From the NCBI GenBank assembly GCA_965205975.1, contig OZ242195.1:2944001-3008000 (forward strand): a stretch of DNA of 64,000 nucleotides, written 5' to 3'. Under the pieces are notes generated by a model. The model was not told where the DNA came from. It was given only the letters and a program-made list of their open reading frames with translations, and made no database searches. Positions 27,392 to 37,228 of this stretch are shown one piece after another. Position numbers and translations under genes: made by a program. Origin of the DNA: Candidatus Latescibacterota bacterium (lineage in GTDB: Bacteria; Latescibacterota; UBA2968). Numbering within the stretch: the first letter of the stretch is position 1; each line of letters begins with the position of its first letter.

Positions 27392-29314
27392 TCAACAACA
27401 ATACCTCTCCAACCACGACAACATCCTATCGAGATATTCCACATGCAGCGCCGGGTGTCCGCTCCTCCTGAACCCATGAGACGACTTCGGAAAGCGCACA
27501 AACTCCACCGTCTTGCCCTGTCGTTTCAGCGCGACAAAAAACTGCTCGGCCTGTTCGATTGGACAGCGATAGTCCTCCTCCCCGTGCATCAGCAACACCG
27601 GCGTCTGCACCTCAGATGCGTACGTCAATGGCGACCGCTCCACAAGAGCTTCCACATTCTCCAGAACTGACCCCCGCCACTGATTCTCCCCAAACGACAC
27701 CCCAATATCTGACGTACCGTACATACTGTGCAAATTGATACACGGAGCACCGATCACCGCCGCCTTGAACCGATGGTCGTGACCCACAATCCAGCTACTC
27801 ATAAAACCGCCATAACTATAGCCGTGAACCCCCAACCGATCTGCATCCACATAGGACCGATCGCACAGCAAGTCAACCCCTGCCATCAGATCCAAAAAAT
27901 CTTCTCCTCCCCAATCCCCCAGCACCGCCTTCAAAAAATCTGGCCCATAAGACGACGACCCCCTCGGATTCACAGCCAGCACAATATATCCCGCGCCCGC
28001 CAGAATCTGATGCGTGACATCGTACGAATCCGAAAACCGGCCATTTGGTCCCCCGTGAATATCCAGCACCAGCGGATAGGACCTCGCCTCGTCAAAACCC
28101 TGGGGAAACAGCACCCGCGCCTGAATCGACTCCCCACCCCGCTCGAACACCAGCTTCTCCACGCGCGCACCGGGGTGCGCCTCCAAAAACCCGGCATTCA
28201 CAGCCGTCACCGCGCGTTGACGCTTCGCTCCCACATCCATCACCACCACATCGCACGGACACACAGGCGAGGACATCACCATCGCGACACGCGCACCCGC
28301 GCGGTCAACCGACAAACCCGTACAAACCTGACCACCCCCATCCACAACCTCGGTCTGCAAAGAAGGATCATCGGGATTCACCCGACACAAAAAAGATTCA
28401 CCCTCCCTATCACCAATAAACAATATCCCATCCCTCGGCGTCCAGCACCGCGGCGCAAGAGGTTGCACAACCGTATAAACATCACCCGCCAAGCACACCG
28501 GTGCCTCGTCTTCCTCCAGCACAAACAGCCACGACTGCCTTGAATCCCACACATCCGCGTCCTGCGACCCCGCAACCACCAACCGCATGCCATCCGGCGA
28601 CCACGCCACAGACTCCGCGCGACTCAACCCCTGCGACCAGCACTGCGACCTCCCACTCGCCTTATCCATCACATGGACCTCTGAACCCCGCATAAAATCG
28701 CGCCCCTCGACGCAATCCGTCACAAACGCAATGCGGCTCCCATCGGGCGACCACACAGGCGACCCGTGATCGCCTTCCCTATCTGTAATCTGCTCAGCCT
28801 CGCCCGTTACAGCATCTACCAGAAACAATTGCGAAAATGCATCGCCTCGCCAACCACCCTCGTCATCGCGATACCGCACGCGACGGGCCACCTGCGTCCT
28901 CGGCACCTTCTCCTCGCCATCTTCCACGCGATCTGGATCCACGCGCGACACAACGACAAACGCCGAACCATCGGGCGACCACGCCATATCCTTCACACCG
29001 TCGGGAAGCGTCGTCACCTGCCTCGCATCCCCACCATTGACCGGCATCACCCAAACCTGCTTTTTATCGTCCTCTCCCGAACGCAAAAAAGCCAGCGTCT
29101 TCCCATCAGCCGAGAGCCTGGGTGCCGTATCCCCGGTCGCCATATCCACAGCATCCCCACTCTCAAGCGACTGCACCACAATCCGCGACTCCCGCTTCAT
29201 CGTCTCCTTGTTGATCTCCTGCCGAACAAAAACCACAGTCGGCCCATCCCCCGCAATCTCAACTGCCGATACCTCAATCAAATTGTATATATGCTCGGGT
29301 TTAATTGGCGACAT
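27392..29314 (-). CDS. S9-family peptidase (acylaminoacyl/dipeptidyl type)
   Basis: IHGGP, NPRGS, GYSYGG, HGEEDYRC, SHG. Start moved to MSPIK. Confidence 0.92.
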   Translation of the reverse strand: MSPIKPEHIYNLIEVSAVEIAGDGPTVVFVRQEINKETMKRESRIVVQSLESGDAVDMATGDTAPRLSADGKTLAFLRSGEDDKKQVWVMPVNGGDARQVTTLPDGVKDMAWSPDGSAFVVVSRVDPDRVEDGEEKVPRTQVARRVRYRDDEGGWRGDAFSQLFLVDAVTGEAEQITDREGDHGSPVWSPDGSRIAFVTDCVEGRDFMRGSEVHVMDKASGRSQCWSQGLSRAESVAWSPDGMRLVVAGSQDADVWDSRQSWLFVLEEDEAPVCLAGDVYTVVQPLAPRCWTPRDGILFIGDREGESFLCRVNPDDPSLQTEVVDGGGQVCTGLSVDRAGARVAMVMSSPVCPCDVVVMDVGAKRQRAVTAVNAGFLEAHPGARVEKLVFERGGESIQARVLFPQGFDEARSYPLVLDIHGGPNGRFSDSYDVTHQILAGAGYIVLAVNPRGSSSYGPDFLKAVLGDWGGEDFLDLMAGVDLLCDRSYVDADRLGVHGYSYGGFMSSWIVGHDHRFKAAVIGAPCINLHSMYGTSDIGVSFGENQWRGSVLENVEALVERSPLTYASEVQTPVLLMHGEEDYRCPIEQAEQFFVALKRQGKTVEFVRFPKSSHGFRRSGHPALHVEYLDRMLSWLERYCC

Positions 29315-29316
29315 AT

Positions 29317-29373
29317 CTATCTCCCACGCGACGTATAAACGCGACCGCCCTTGATGAGCAAATCGTACGTCAT
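29317..29373 (-). pseudogene. 18-aa remnant resembling an amidohydrolase N-terminus (MTYDLLIKGGRVYTSRGR*)
   Basis: Has its own AAGGGAG RBS; YDLLIKGGRV is the typical first strand of dihydroorotase/D-aminoacylase-like enzymes. Confidence 0.65.
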
Positions 29374-29403
29374 CGCAAACTCCCTTCTCGTAAATTCCTT
29401 CAC

Positions 29404-30186
29404 TCACCCAGCGTGTACGCGCGGCATGATCAGGCGGCGGTTGCGCGCCAGGGGCAAACCGGCAAAAGCACAGCGGTTATTCCACTGATCGATAGCCGCG
29501 GCACTTTTGTATTCATTGATAATAGCGTGGCGGCCCTGCTGCGTATAGTTGTGCCCAGCTCTGTGTACCACCAGCACATGAATAATCGCCACATCGCCGG
29601 GTTGCGCACTCAGAACAACCGGGCGTTTGGGAGCAATCAAATCATCTGCAATCGAGTGACCCCTGTACGTAGGAAACTCGCCCTCTCGATGGGAACCGGG
29701 CACCACCTCAGTGGCACCGGCCTCAAAATCAGTGGGATCGAGATACGTGATTGCCGCGGCCAGATCCGGAATCGTATGCCGCTCGTAAGGCCAATCCTGA
29801 TGCCAGCTCTGCTCACAGAAAAAACCGGGCGGTTTATTGCGGATCTTCCCATTGTGAAAATCCAGATCAGGCCCCAAAAGATCGACCATAACCGAAACAA
29901 TGCGCGGCTCGGTGAACTGATCGAACCAGTAGTCATCAGCCAGCGTCTGATCCATCATACCCACGACATTCTTCGGATTAAAAGAATCGGGCTGATACCC
30001 CTCGGGCACCTCCATAAAACTGTAGCGCATATTTTGGGGGCGCCCTTCGGTATGGGTAACCAACTCGTGGAAACGGCGGCGCATCTCCTCCATTTCACGA
30101 GGATCGTAAAAACCCTGCAAAAAAAGAAAGCCATCCGCGTCAAAAGCGCGCTTCTGCTCTGGCGTCAAAATCAACAAATCGGACAT
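29404..30186 (-). CDS. PhyH-family Fe(II)/2-oxoglutarate dioxygenase
   Basis: FDADGFL, WHQD, VVPGSH, HRAGHN. Confidence 0.9.
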   Translation of the reverse strand: MSDLLILTPEQKRAFDADGFLFLQGFYDPREMEEMRRRFHELVTHTEGRPQNMRYSFMEVPEGYQPDSFNPKNVVGMMDQTLADDYWFDQFTEPRIVSVMVDLLGPDLDFHNGKIRNKPPGFFCEQSWHQDWPYERHTIPDLAAAITYLDPTDFEAGATEVVPGSHREGEFPTYRGHSIADDLIAPKRPVVLSAQPGDVAIIHVLVVHRAGHNYTQQGRHAIINEYKSAAAIDQWNNRCAFAGLPLARNRRLIMPRVHAG

Positions 30187-30226
30187 GACACAGTCCTCCT
30201 ACAACCGCTGATTAACAGGTATTTCG

Positions 30227-31207
30227 TCAATGAGGATGGGTTAGTTCATGGAGATAGGGCAACAAATAGGCAATAGCGACGCTCACAATCAGACCGAAAG
30301 TAATCTTTGCAAAGTCTGAAAGCACCAAACGCGACACCTCCTTACGGCTGCGGTGCTTCTCATTCCATGCAACGGCGATCTCGCGTCCAGCCAACAAACC
30401 GACGAAAACCCAGGTCGTGCTCATCGGGAGCTTGCTAACTTCCTTGAACAGGAACAGCACAATGCCATAGATCAAATCTACAAAAGTCGCCGAACGGATA
30501 TCCGTAGTATTCGTCTTCGTCAACACCACCTTCTGGATCGCACCGCCATGCGTATAAAAGATAACAGCTTGCATAGCCAACATAGCGACGATGGATGCTA
30601 TGAACCACCCCAAAGCTATGTCTGGCGTGCGAGTAATCGGGTCGCGCGGCAGAAAAACATAGATATTGGCCAGATCCTGAATCAGCCACTGACTCCAGAG
30701 AAAACCAGTTGAACACCACTGAGCCACCACCCACCAGGGACTTTTCGGTCCCTCCGTTTGCCTGAAACGGGACTCTAACCCCCGCGTAACCAGCCTGTAA
30801 ATAAAGATGGCGGCCATGAATGCCGTCGCATATCCAGCCAACGACTTGATCAACATGCTCGGCAATGCCTTCGGCGCAAACACCGTCAGAGTCAGGAATG
30901 TGGTACTGACTGGAATACCTCCGCGGGTCAGCAAAAGCAGTACAAAAGGCGGGATGCAGTAAACCCAGGTAAAATGGTCTGGCACTTCAATCGCCGTAAG
31001 CCTCCCATACGAGACATCGCCATCATAGACCACCCACCCATATACGAGGACCGCAGTCAGGATGCCGGCGCCAAAGAGCCACAGCACCCACCAGGGACGG
31101 TGAGAGTTGGAGCTGAGAAACGTCCCCAACGTCTGAATTGCGTCGTTACCGACAATAGAATACGCACCGAGCAAAAAGCCGATGACCATTAAAACTTCCA
31201 AACTCAT
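30227..31207 (-). CDS. Polytopic membrane protein, PiT/PHO4-like permease
   Basis: GND, GIPVSTT and PMSTT motifs, many TM segments. Confidence 0.6.
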   Translation of the reverse strand: MSLEVLMVIGFLLGAYSIVGNDAIQTLGTFLSSNSHRPWWVLWLFGAGILTAVLVYGWVVYDGDVSYGRLTAIEVPDHFTWVYCIPPFVLLLLTRGGIPVSTTFLTLTVFAPKALPSMLIKSLAGYATAFMAAIFIYRLVTRGLESRFRQTEGPKSPWWVVAQWCSTGFLWSQWLIQDLANIYVFLPRDPITRTPDIALGWFIASIVAMLAMQAVIFYTHGGAIQKVVLTKTNTTDIRSATFVDLIYGIVLFLFKEVSKLPMSTTWVFVGLLAGREIAVAWNEKHRSRKEVSRLVLSDFAKITFGLIVSVAIAYLLPYLHELTHPH

Positions 31208-31292
31208 AAATCCCCTCCCTATAAGGTTGTGTCAAATGTCCATTACCCGAGTCATGGCAGACATTCAACGAACGGTTGCGATGATAATGAGA

Positions 31293-32756
31293 TCACGCAA
31301 TCGAAAAATCAAACCTGACACGCGACTGATCGGGTGCTGCAGTAAATGTGATATTCGCCGTGCTACCTGTGATCTCAACAGCACGCTGTACAATATCCGT
31401 CTCTACTCCAATCTCGAGACCATCCAGACGCCATACATCCTCTTCGAACACAGCCACATTTGGTGAAAAAATCTCAAACACAAACTCCCGCGGATATCCG
31501 GCCTCTGTCTGCTGTTCATCTATAATCTCAGCCTCAATCGACAGACAGCCCGATTCCGCCTTCGCCGCAATCTGTCCAATATGCCGCAGCGCGAGCCAAC
31601 CGGTCTCGCCATCTGACATGCGCCAGTGGATCGTCGCCGGATGGTATTGGAAGCTCCGACCAGAATAACCACCCGAATCCTCCGCGCCAATCATGTAATG
31701 CTCATCCAGCCACGCGGTTGCAACGCGCTCATCCGTAATCCGCTTCTCAATACTTCGCGGACCCTCAAACACCGAAAAAGCGGCAGCGATCTCTGGCGGC
31801 GCATCAACTCCCAGAATCGCAAGACAAGGTCCATAATTGAACTCCGCGTTAATCTCCTCTCCACTCGGAAACGGCGTCACCTCACGGCCAAACGCGAGCC
31901 AGATATGCAGACTCGTAAGCGCGGTATAATGCTTCATATCCATCCCATAGCTGCGCGAAAAAGGCCCGCACAGATTGCCCAATCCCGCGTGGTAATAGCG
32001 CGCAATATCCCGCCAGAGTTCTGCCTCCATATACGCGCCCAGTTCGTGAAGTGAACTGCTCTCCAGATAGCGTCGCCAGAAGCCCAGTGCGTAGAGATTG
32101 ACACCGTAGTACGTCGGGGAATTGTACTCCGCAAAAGCATTATTCTGCGCGAACAGGCGATAGACCTCACCGCCAAACTCCTCTCCGTATAAAACCATCT
32201 CATCGTTACCGATACGCTTCCCAACCCACACGCACAGCGCAGCCTTCATCAAAGCGATATTCGAATACGTCGGCGGACAGCGATCCGGTGGCTCGCCCAC
32301 AACAGCCATCTCCAAAGACCGGATCATGCGATCAACCAATCGCCGGGGCAACCGATCCTCATACTCCTCAAGCACAGTCGCAAACCCAAGCCCGATAAAC
32401 TGTCGCCAGTTCGGATCGTAAGCTCGCCACATCACGGCATCACCCTCTGAGGGATGCGGCTCGCCCACATAGCGATAAAAAGTACCGTGGTATGGCGTCC
32501 CTGGCTCGTCGAACTGATTATCGATAATGGCATCAATCGTACGGCACGCCCGCTCGACATCATCACCCTGATTGCGAAGCAGAAGCCCCACCGCGAACCA
32601 GACCGAATTCCGAACCATTAGCACCGCATCATTCTGGCGATGAGACCACAACAGCGCACCATCGGGATCCCAGAATCCCTCTGACCATTCGAGCGACTCA
32701 GTTGCGAGATGTCTCGCATAAGGCGACAGATCGGATAAAGAAATTCCTTCAGACAT
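31293..32756 (-). CDS. Hypothetical protein, possibly an alpha/alpha-toroid lyase or hydrolase
   Basis: 487-aa ORF with DPNWRQFIG, EYNSPTYYG and GPFSRSYG; function not assignable. Confidence 0.7.
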   Translation of the reverse strand: MSEGISLSDLSPYARHLATESLEWSEGFWDPDGALLWSHRQNDAVLMVRNSVWFAVGLLLRNQGDDVERACRTIDAIIDNQFDEPGTPYHGTFYRYVGEPHPSEGDAVMWRAYDPNWRQFIGLGFATVLEEYEDRLPRRLVDRMIRSLEMAVVGEPPDRCPPTYSNIALMKAALCVWVGKRIGNDEMVLYGEEFGGEVYRLFAQNNAFAEYNSPTYYGVNLYALGFWRRYLESSSLHELGAYMEAELWRDIARYYHAGLGNLCGPFSRSYGMDMKHYTALTSLHIWLAFGREVTPFPSGEEINAEFNYGPCLAILGVDAPPEIAAAFSVFEGPRSIEKRITDERVATAWLDEHYMIGAEDSGGYSGRSFQYHPATIHWRMSDGETGWLALRHIGQIAAKAESGCLSIEAEIIDEQQTEAGYPREFVFEIFSPNVAVFEEDVWRLDGLEIGVETDIVQRAVEITGSTANITFTAAPDQSRVRFDFSIA

Positions 32757-32836
32757 TGTGTGTTTCCATGTTCAATTTTGAGTTCACCATAATATACGCT
32801 TTCATTGCAAATCCCTACCGAGAAATTTCCATTGGA

Positions 32837-33541
32837 TTATGACGCCGCCGCATGTTGCCGCAACGCTTCGGCAATGCGTTGGAAGCGCATATCTTCGGGA
32901 AACTGCGCGAGCCATTCCATCAACGTCTTATTGTCCTCTGTAAACTCTGCATCGGGATCGGCGCCGTTCTCCAAAAGCAACTTTACCGTATCGAGATGCC
33001 CATGCCCACCAGCGCAATACAAAACCGTATGCCCGCGATCATTTGTGACATTGACATCTGTGCCATGCGCGATCAACAAACGCACGACTTCCGTATCGCC
33101 ATTGCGCGCCGCGTGATGCACAGGCTGATCGCCGCGACCATCTGTCGCCGTCGCCAGATGGGGATGCCTGTTGAGCAACGCCTGCACCCGCGCTACATCT
33201 GCGAGAAAGACAGCCCCCAGGAACTGCCGAGACAAATCATCAGCCGGACGAACATGGGGATCCAGAGCACCGTATTGAATAAGCAGCGAAACAATATTTT
33301 TATTATTCGGAACCTCGCCAGCGTAGTGCAACACATAGCCATCATGAGCGGACAAATCGGCACCCGCCTCAATAAGCAGACGCACAATATCCTCATGTCG
33401 CCAGAGTCCCGCGTGAAAAATCGGCCGCCATTCGTATTCATCATCCGCGTCAACAACAGTGGGATCGGCTGCGATCATTTCCCGCACAGCGTCGATATCT
33501 CCACGCCTGCATGCATCGTGAATTGTTAGTGTATCACTCAT
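32837..33541 (-). CDS. Ankyrin repeat protein
   Basis: Repeats PIFHA.., PVHHAARNG.TEVVRLLI..G, GHLDTVKLLLENGAD; AAGGAGG RBS. Confidence 0.92.
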   Translation of the reverse strand: MSDTLTIHDACRRGDIDAVREMIAADPTVVDADDEYEWRPIFHAGLWRHEDIVRLLIEAGADLSAHDGYVLHYAGEVPNNKNIVSLLIQYGALDPHVRPADDLSRQFLGAVFLADVARVQALLNRHPHLATATDGRGDQPVHHAARNGDTEVVRLLIAHGTDVNVTNDRGHTVLYCAGGHGHLDTVKLLLENGADPDAEFTEDNKTLMEWLAQFPEDMRFQRIAEALRQHAAAS

Positions 33542-33557
33542 TGCTACTCTGACCTCC

Positions 33558-34163
33558 TTAAATGCGACGTGCAATAACAGAATGAAAAAAAATACCGTCT
33601 CGGGGTTCCAATCTGCGATAGTACTCCAACCTGAATGACCTCTGTAAAACTTTCAGAAGCGTCTCCGTCCTTCTCAAAGAAAAAAACCGCTTCGGCTCAT
33701 AAGAATCTCGCTCCAAAATCCCCTCAAAATCATCACCTCCCCACACGCCAACATACATCAACCCATCCTCCACGAGCCGCGCCGCAATCAAATTGAAAAC
33801 CTCATCTATATCTGCCTGCGGGATATGCAGCAGACAATTCATAGAATACACCGCATCAAAAGTCTCGCTCAACTGATCGAGATTATAGCAATCCAGAACG
33901 CGAGCAGAAATACCCTTCTCTCTCGCCAGCTTTACCATCGCAGGCGCATTATCAACCGCAAAAACCCGGAAACCCTGCTCTTGAAAAAATTTCGCATCAT
34001 GACCAGGACCACATCCCAGCTCGAGAATAGAACTTCGTCGTTCATCTCTCAAACACTGCAAAAACGCGCTTCGCTCTCGCACCTTAAACGCATCAGTAGA
34101 ACTACGCTCCCTCTCCAGCGCATGTCTTTCATACGAGGCAATCAGGCTATCGGTGAACTTCAT
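33558..34163 (-). CDS. Class I SAM-dependent methyltransferase
   Basis: ILELGCGPG, CLLHIP. Confidence 0.9.
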   Translation of the reverse strand: MKFTDSLIASYERHALERERSSTDAFKVRERSAFLQCLRDERRSSILELGCGPGHDAKFFQEQGFRVFAVDNAPAMVKLAREKGISARVLDCYNLDQLSETFDAVYSMNCLLHIPQADIDEVFNLIAARLVEDGLMYVGVWGGDDFEGILERDSYEPKRFFSLRRTETLLKVLQRSFRLEYYRRLEPRDGIFFHSVIARRI

Positions 34164-34286
34164 GAAAGCCTCCACAAAATGGATTGGCAGATGGGAACAG
34201 CTTGATTTTCAGCCACAGCCTCTTTATTATGCCTTACAACTTCCACAAAACCAAAGACATTTTTTGTAGATAGGGCAAAAAACTTT

Positions 34287-35651
34287 ATGACACCAGATCA
34301 AATCAGAGCGCGTCTTGAAAGCGACAAAATACAAAAAATTAAACTCGCTGGCTTCGACATCGACGGCGTTATGCGCGGCAAATACATATCGCTCGACAAG
34401 TTCTTTTCCGCCATGGAAAAAGGCCTGGGCTTCTGCGATGTAACATTCGGCTGGGATATGATCGATCAACTCTACGAACAACCCACCGTCACAGGCTGGC
34501 ATACCGGATATCCAGACCTCCTCGCCAAAATTGATCTGAGCACCTATCGCGTGATACCCTGGGAACAAAATACCGCGTTGTTCTTGCTCGACTTTTATGA
34601 AAACGAAAATCAGCCACTTGCAGTATCCCCGCGCCAACTCCTCCAAACAATCGTTCGCAAAGCGAATGACATGGGATTTCAGCCATACATATCAGCGGAA
34701 TACGAATACTTCATTTTTAGGGAAACGCCCCATTCTCTTGAGGACAAAGGGTATAAAAATATGACGCCACTCTCGCCTGGATGGTTTGGCTACAGTATAT
34801 TGCGAGCATCTGCGGCTTCAGAATTTGTTCACGCAATCATCGATGGTATGGGAGCGTATGGCGTTGAACTGGAAGGGATACACACCGAAACCGGACCCGG
34901 CGTATATGAAACCGCGATTCGTTACGACACGGCCTGCAACGCCGCAGACAAAGCCGCCCTATTCAAAACTGGCGTAAAAGAAATTCTATCCAGACACGGC
35001 CTCGTCGCAACCTTTATGGCGAGATGGAGTCCAGACTACCCCGGCTGCAGCGGGCACCTGCACCAGAGCCTGTGGAATCTGAAGGGAGACACAAATTTAT
35101 TTGCCGATGAATCAGATCCGCAGGGCATGTCTCAAATAATGAAACACTATATCGCGGGACAAATCGCCACAATGCCCCAAATGATGGCACTGATATGCCC
35201 GACCATCAACGCCTACAAGCGGACAGTCCCCGGAGCCTGGGCACCGACCAACGCCTCCTGGGGAATTGAAAATCGGACCGCCTCTCTCCGTGCGATTCCA
35301 GGTACATCTCCCAAATCCACGCGCACCGAATATCGACTGGCTGGCGCCGACGCCAATCCCCATATCTCGATGGCGGCCAGCCTTGCCGCCGGGCTATACG
35401 GTATAGAGCATCAACTCGACCCCGGCGAGGCGTTCACGGGAAATGCCTACGAAGCCCCCGAAGGGCGATTTGATCCCTTACCAAAATCGCTTGAGGAAGC
35501 GATAGATGAATTAAAAAATAGCGAAACTGTCCGTGCCTACCTCGGCGACGCATTTGTGGATCACTTCGCAATCACACGCGAACATGAAATTGCGGAATAT
35601 CGCCGCGCCATAACAGATTGGGAACTCAAGCGATACTTTGAGATCATCTGA
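34287..35651 (+). CDS. Glutamine synthetase-family ligase (gamma-glutamyl ligase-like subgroup)
   Basis: DIDGVMRGK, HTETGPGVYE, GCSGHLHQSL, WGIENRT, EYRLAGADANP. Confidence 0.9.
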   Translation: MTPDQIRARLESDKIQKIKLAGFDIDGVMRGKYISLDKFFSAMEKGLGFCDVTFGWDMIDQLYEQPTVTGWHTGYPDLLAKIDLSTYRVIPWEQNTALFLLDFYENENQPLAVSPRQLLQTIVRKANDMGFQPYISAEYEYFIFRETPHSLEDKGYKNMTPLSPGWFGYSILRASAASEFVHAIIDGMGAYGVELEGIHTETGPGVYETAIRYDTACNAADKAALFKTGVKEILSRHGLVATFMARWSPDYPGCSGHLHQSLWNLKGDTNLFADESDPQGMSQIMKHYIAGQIATMPQMMALICPTINAYKRTVPGAWAPTNASWGIENRTASLRAIPGTSPKSTRTEYRLAGADANPHISMAASLAAGLYGIEHQLDPGEAFTGNAYEAPEGRFDPLPKSLEEAIDELKNSETVRAYLGDAFVDHFAITREHEIAEYRRAITDWELKRYFEII

Positions 35652-37146
35652 ACGCCCCCACAATATAGTTCCCCACCCGCAAGGCATTTGCCGCAATCGT
35701 CAAACTCGGATTGACGCCGCCAGACGTGGGAAACACGCTCCCATCTGTCACAAACAAATTGTCAATCCCCCGAAACTGGCAATTTTCATCCAGCACACTC
35801 GTCTCTTCATCACCGCCCATACGCACTGACCCCACGCCATGAGAAAAAGTGTCAATGCGATACGTATGAAAAAAAAACGCGCCCGATGCACGCAAAATAT
35901 CTTTAGCCTTTTCCACGAGATAATCGCGGCGCTCACAATCTCGCGCAGTGTACTGATGTGTGACCTGTGCGCGGCTGATGCCATAAACATCCTTCTCACC
36001 TGCCAGCGCAACGCGATTCTCAAACTGCGGCTCATCCTCTGCAACACACAACAGATTTTGCAAAAAGCCAGCAACCATTGCCGTCAGATTTTTAAGTCCA
36101 AAAGGCGCGTGGTGCTTCAGTGCTATAGACGACGGCGTGTAAATATCCTGAATTACCCCAACAGCGCGGCCGTCCTGCCCTCGACAATCCCCGTAAAAAT
36201 CCGAAAAACACACTTGCTTGTGAAACACCCCTTCCGGATTCGTGCGAAACGGAAACACCCCCGCCACAACAGCATTGCAATGACGCATCAGAAAACGCCC
36301 AATCAAATCGCCCTGCGGAAACGAATACAACTCTGACCGCAACAAAATAGCCGGACTTTGCAGTGCTCCCGCAGCAACAACAGCAATGGGCGCGGGTACT
36401 TCAAACGCCTTTTTTGTACGCCGATCCACACACGCCACAGCACGCACACGCTCCCGTTTGCAAATAACACGCGCGACCTGTACACCCGTCAAAATCTCAG
36501 CCCCAGCATCCTGCGCCAATTTGAGCAACGTCATAGTCAAATCATTTTTAGCCTCAATTTGACACGGAAAACCATCACAGGTCAAACATCGGATACACAC
36601 GGTTCGCGCCCGATCCGAAAAATTGATCGCCAATGGCATGCGAAAAGGCCGATACCCCAATGCACATCCAGCATCCCAAATGCGTTGTGCAGGATGGGAA
36701 AGTTCAATAGGCGGATACAAATAGTCACCCGTGCGCGGCGGCTCGCACGGGTCGGTACCTGCCTCTCCATGCACTTCCAACAAGCGCTCGACACAATCGT
36801 AATGCGGAGCAAGGTCCCCATACAAAATCGGCCACGCGACCAAATCTTCTTCGCGCAGCCTCAGCGATGCCCCACCGTAAAACACGGACATCCCACCAAC
36901 CACTTCATTCTCGACCACATCTGCAAAATTGCGGTCCTCATATTGCCTGACGCGAAGCGGCGATGGTCCTTGATAGCGTTTCTCAACCAGCACAGAACGG
37001 GGATCCCAATCCTCTGCATCGCGCCTTGCCCAATCGCCCCGCTCCAACAGCAAAACCTTCATACCCGCCGCAGCCAACACATAAGCGCAGACACTACCTC
37101 CAAATCCCGTACCGATAATAACGGCGTCGTAATCGTTAAAATTCAT
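35644..37146 (-). CDS. GMC-family oxidoreductase
   Basis: GTGFGG, CxxCxxCxxxxC, HGVGSVRMG, GGVNPSLTIAANALR. Confidence 0.9.
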   Translation of the reverse strand: MNFNDYDAVIIGTGFGGSVCAYVLAAAGMKVLLLERGDWARRDAEDWDPRSVLVEKRYQGPSPLRVRQYEDRNFADVVENEVVGGMSVFYGGASLRLREEDLVAWPILYGDLAPHYDCVERLLEVHGEAGTDPCEPPRTGDYLYPPIELSHPAQRIWDAGCALGYRPFRMPLAINFSDRARTVCIRCLTCDGFPCQIEAKNDLTMTLLKLAQDAGAEILTGVQVARVICKRERVRAVACVDRRTKKAFEVPAPIAVVAAGALQSPAILLRSELYSFPQGDLIGRFLMRHCNAVVAGVFPFRTNPEGVFHKQVCFSDFYGDCRGQDGRAVGVIQDIYTPSSIALKHHAPFGLKNLTAMVAGFLQNLLCVAEDEPQFENRVALAGEKDVYGISRAQVTHQYTARDCERRDYLVEKAKDILRASGAFFFHTYRIDTFSHGVGSVRMGGDEETSVLDENCQFRGIDNLFVTDGSVFPTSGGVNPSLTIAANALRVGNYIVGAFR

Positions 37147-37150
37147 GGAT

Positions 37151-37228
37151 AGTTATCAGTGTTGTCAGTTGTCGGTTATCAGTCCCAACCACCCAGCCCC
37201 TGTGTGGCGGTGCGGGGTCACTGACTAC
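37151..37228. repeat. 7-nt-period hairpin element (copy 2)
   Basis: agttatcagtgttgtcagttgtcggttatcagtcccaacc...tgcggggtcactgactac. Confidence 0.75.

Noticed and set aside
34287..35651. Housekeeping glnA
   Set aside because: Motifs (GCSGHLHQSL, WAPT) fit the gamma-glutamyl ligase-like subgroup better, so no gene symbol was assigned.
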